A DNA stretch of 64,000 nt. Origin: Candidatus Brocadiia bacterium. Lineage in GTDB: Bacteria > Planctomycetota > Brocadiia > SM23-32. The DNA lies in NCBI GenBank assembly GCA_046538485.1, contig JBKHIT010000003.1, forward strand, positions 1 to 64,000, in the 5' to 3' direction. The translations under genes were made by a program, and so were the position numbers. The notes under the pieces are model-generated. The model was not told the DNA's origin and did no database searches. It was given only the letters and a program-made list of their open reading frames with translations. Each line of letters opens with the position of its first letter. The stretch's first letter is position 1. Below are positions 61,167 to 64,000 of this stretch, in pieces.

Positions 61167-61376
61167 ATGGGAAAAGGCGAAAACACTTCGGATACCCCGA
61201 AGAACAAGAAAGATCGGTTGCATTTTATCAAACAACGGCATCGGGAGCTGATTCTCGACCGGCGTGAAGGCCTGACTGACGGAATGCTTGAAGACGAAGC
61301 CGATGCTCACCACATGCTGGATGAACGCGAAGATCTACAGTTTATTGAAGAACTCGAAACCCAGGCCCGTATCTGA
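61167..61376 (+). CDS. Small charged hypothetical protein (69 aa)
   Basis: Strong AAGGAGGTGA RBS before ATG 61167; MGKGENTS...ELETQARI. Confidence 0.7.
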   Translation: MGKGENTSDTPKNKKDRLHFIKQRHRELILDRREGLTDGMLEDEADAHHMLDEREDLQFIEELETQARI

Positions 61377-61394
61377 ATTTAGTTTGGGTCTGAT

Positions 61395-62405
61395 TTACCG
61401 GGCGAGAGCGACCAGGAACCCCTCAAACCAGGTTTCTCTTTCCGCCGCCTGAAGCGATTTGGTCTTCAGTTCAACATCGGCTTCCGCCAGCTGGTTGATG
61501 CATTGCGAAAGCCATTCACCAGACCGTTTTCCCACAGCTTTGGCGGCACGTCTGACAGCGAATTGGGGGAGCCCTACCTTATTTGCAATTTGTTTCTGGC
61601 TGGCGCCCGTCGCCCGAAGCCTTTTGACCCGCCATAATGTTCTCATCTGGCTCCCCAAGAAGCCTATCATACCGGTAGGAGTTTCTCCCCGTAAAAGGAG
61701 ATGGTCTGCCAACCGTATGGCGGTAGATACATCTCCACGGGCGATTGCGTGGCTTAAATCAAATATGGATCGAGAGCGGCTTTGGGGCACCAGTTCGGCC
61801 ACATGCTCTTCGGTGAGTGTGTTTTCGGAATCGGCATACAGGCACAGTTTCTCTAATTCTCGACTCAGTGCTGCCAGATCCGCCCCGATTGCTTCCAGGA
61901 GAGAATCTGCAGCGCGCGGTGTGAGCGTCTTCCCTTCACGGGAAGCACGCTCGTTCAACCAGCGTCGGGCTTTTTTCCACCGGAGTTTACTACAATCTAC
62001 AATTGTCGCAAACTCAGCAATGGCTTTTGCACCTTTCCGCCGCCGGTCAAGTTTTTTACAGCACAGGAGCAGAACGCCTTCTGCCGGCGGATTTTCCAGA
62101 TATTCTTGAACCCGATCTCCGTAATCATCAAGGAATTTCTGTCCATCCCGCACGATAACGAGTCTTTTGCCTTCCATGCCCATGAAAGGCCGCGTGTATA
62201 ATTCGTCGAAAACAGTCGGTGCATCCGGAAGATCTTCATGGTCCGTGGTAATACTACCTGGCAGATCTTCGGTTTCAAGAGCCGATCGAATCGCAGAGAG
62301 GCAAGCGGACACGAGAGAGGTGTCTTCACCGACGAGGGCATAAGCGGGACAAAGCCCCTTCTCTTTTAGATGGCGGGCGAAATCAAGCGCTTGTACTTCC
62401 GACAT
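61395..62405 (-). CDS. holA: DNA polymerase III subunit delta
   Basis: YALVGED, PF..KRLVIV, LDRR, ELEKLCLY, SIFDL, LAEADVELKT. Confidence 0.9.
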   Translation of the reverse strand: MSEVQALDFARHLKEKGLCPAYALVGEDTSLVSACLSAIRSALETEDLPGSITTDHEDLPDAPTVFDELYTRPFMGMEGKRLVIVRDGQKFLDDYGDRVQEYLENPPAEGVLLLCCKKLDRRRKGAKAIAEFATIVDCSKLRWKKARRWLNERASREGKTLTPRAADSLLEAIGADLAALSRELEKLCLYADSENTLTEEHVAELVPQSRSRSIFDLSHAIARGDVSTAIRLADHLLLRGETPTGMIGFLGSQMRTLWRVKRLRATGASQKQIANKVGLPQFAVRRAAKAVGKRSGEWLSQCINQLAEADVELKTKSLQAAERETWFEGFLVALAR

Positions 62406-62557
62406 TTTCTTCTCCCGAATGTGACAGAAGAGAATTTTAGCAAAGATATGGGGCATTATAAAAGGAGTTTCCTGATGATTCTATTAAGCACGCTGATATG
62501 TTGATGATACAATGCTATCCAAAAGAGATACAAGCATGTATACGGAAAGGGACGAAC

Positions 62558-63223
62558 ATGGGTTTGGATGTGCAGCTTGAGCCGCTGGCCAATAAAGTTC
62601 TCGACGAAACGATTGCCCGTGTCTTCAGGGAAGTTCTGCGGTTCGTGGATTACCGTCAAAAAAGTCTTTCCCAGGCAGCTGATTCCATATTCAATCAGCC
62701 TGATTCCGGGGACGATTTGGAAAATATCGAGCGAGAACTCCACATTTATTTGCGTGAATGCTGGGATGGACTCGACGGTGTGGGCAGACTGATTAATGCC
62801 TGTCTCTACCCTCGGTTTCCTGAATCGGGTCTCTTGCCGCCTGAAGAGATGACGCGGCAGTGCACATTCTACACAGTGCGGCGCGATCTTCATAATAATC
62901 AAAAAACGCGTGAGCATCCCTTGAGCAATTTGATCTGGACAGAAACCTCGCAGACGCCTGCCTCAGGCTATAAGCGTTTAAGCTACCTCTACAACATCAG
63001 TCTTTTTTTCCCTTTACCCGTTGAGCGATCAGGGCTACTGGCAGGTGTTGCCGATTTGCCAGCCCATTACCGGAGCCTCATCCGCCAGCAGAATTTGGAG
63101 GAGTGTACCGCCAAAGAGGCGGTTAATGAGATTGGAGGATGGTTGAAGGGATTTATTGCCGAATGTTATGCGGAAATAGAGAGGGAATTCGAAAGACGGC
63201 TCGATCCCAATTCGGCGGGTTAA
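62558..63223 (+). CDS. Hypothetical all-alpha protein, possibly a degenerate HEPN (Cthe_2314-like) domain
   Basis: GAAAGGGA RBS; helical pattern 'E...YL...WDGLD...RLIN..L'. Confidence 0.5.
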   Translation: MGLDVQLEPLANKVLDETIARVFREVLRFVDYRQKSLSQAADSIFNQPDSGDDLENIERELHIYLRECWDGLDGVGRLINACLYPRFPESGLLPPEEMTRQCTFYTVRRDLHNNQKTREHPLSNLIWTETSQTPASGYKRLSYLYNISLFFPLPVERSGLLAGVADLPAHYRSLIRQQNLEECTAKEAVNEIGGWLKGFIAECYAEIEREFERRLDPNSAG

Positions 63224-63228
63224 AAAGT

Positions 63229-63516
63229 TCAATCAATGATGGGGGGGACCCGGAAACTGCCTTTTTGGTTTTCGGGGGCGTTTCGGAGGGCCTCTTTTTG
63301 AGATAAGGAAGGACGTTGCTGATCGGGGCGATCGACATTTTTGCGTGGGGCAATATGTATAAGCGGCTCGACATTTTCTGTGTCGAGTTCGTCAAGTTTG
63401 TCGATATAACTCAATATTGAGTCGAGCTGAGCGGCAAACTGTTCCCTCTCAGTATCGGTAAGAGTCAGCCGCGATAGGTGCGCGACGTATTCTACCTGAT
63501 CTTCTGTTATAGCCAT
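63229..63516 (-). CDS. gatC: Asp/Glu-tRNA amidotransferase subunit C
   Basis: V.YVAHLSRL, IL.YIDKL.ELDT.NVEP, NAP....F.VP.I. Confidence 0.95.
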   Translation of the reverse strand: MAITEDQVEYVAHLSRLTLTDTEREQFAAQLDSILSYIDKLDELDTENVEPLIHIAPRKNVDRPDQQRPSLSQKEALRNAPENQKGSFRVPPIID

Positions 63517-63524
63517 CAGATCCC

Positions 63525-63758
63525 TCAGCGCGGCGGTTTTTTTACCCGACCGCTTTTGATGCATTTTGTGCAGGCATGGATGTGTTTCTTGGCGCCATCG
63601 ACCATTGCCCAAACACGTTGAATATTCGGTTTAAACTTGCGTTTCGAGCGGCCCGTTTGCTTGATACCCACGCCGCCTTCACGTTTGGCTCGGCCCCGGC
63701 TCTGGACTTTATTACCATTTCCGGGTCCTTTTCCACATATATCACATTTATGGGACAT
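63525..63758 (-). CDS. rpmB: 50S ribosomal protein L28
   Basis: CDICGK.P..GN, RKFKPNIQ, CTKCIKSG; carries the RGRAKREGGVG insertion recalled from PVC/spirochaete L28. Confidence 0.95.
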   Translation of the reverse strand: MSHKCDICGKGPGNGNKVQSRGRAKREGGVGIKQTGRSKRKFKPNIQRVWAMVDGAKKHIHACTKCIKSGRVKKPPR

Positions 63759-63869
63759 AACTCAACCCCGAATTTAACAGGGAATGGGAACACAGTTAGA
63801 AAGGATTTCAGAACACATTTATAATGGCATAATCGTGGAGAGAATTCAAGTATAAGACCGCGAGCCGGG

Positions 63870-63998
63870 CTATTGATTCATTCTTTCGACCATGTAGGAG
63901 CGGGCTGCACCGATGATACCAGCATCATCACCAAGTTCCGCAAACCGGATTTTTGTTCCACGCCAGCAAGCTTCCATCGTCCGCTTTTTTGCGGTCTG
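63870..63998 (-). CDS. ROK-family sugar kinase/regulator, C-terminal part only (runs off the window edge)
   Basis: Hand translation ...KIRFAELGDDAGIIGAARSYMVERMNQ*; 'LG.DAG.IGAA' is the ROK C-terminal motif. Confidence 0.75.
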   Translation of the reverse strand, partial: QTAKKRTMEACWRGTKIRFAELGDDAGIIGAARSYMVERMNQ

Positions 63999-64000
63999 GC

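Overview
Bacterial chromosomal window, most likely from an anaerobic Planctomycetota (PVC) organism with an acidic, salt-adapted-looking proteome. The taxonomic call is an inference from the RpoB 'SQVVDQTNPL..THERR..PEGTNIGLI' region, the L28 'RGRAKREGGVG' insertion and the short RpoB. The centre holds the core translation/transcription cluster: tRNA-Val; tRNA-Thr/Tyr/Gly; tRNA-Thr, tuf, rpmG, tRNA-Trp, secE, nusG, rplKAJL, rpoBC, rpsLG, fusA. Flanks carry housekeeping genes (pabB/pabC, panC, lgt, cca, guaB, mrdA-like PBP, recJ, glgP, holA, gatC, rpmB), metallohydrolases and a surface-glycosylation cluster. The main finding is a 59-aa histone-fold gene at 9211-9390 (minus strand), absent from the supplied ORF track. 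It has its own promoter and RBS plus a downstream hairpin, and resembles face-to-face/bacterial histones. Other notable items: a eukaryote-type IMP dehydrogenase; a TMTC-like GT-C/TPR protein and two tandem uncharacterised GT-C-like paralogs; a Q-to-A change next to the RNA polymerase NADFDGD motif; a divergent, terminator-separated EF-G followed by a corrinoid activator instead of tuf/rpsJ; and a candidate structured ncRNA. No CRISPR array, rRNA or intact mobile element was seen. All family assignments come from recalled motifs, not database searches.
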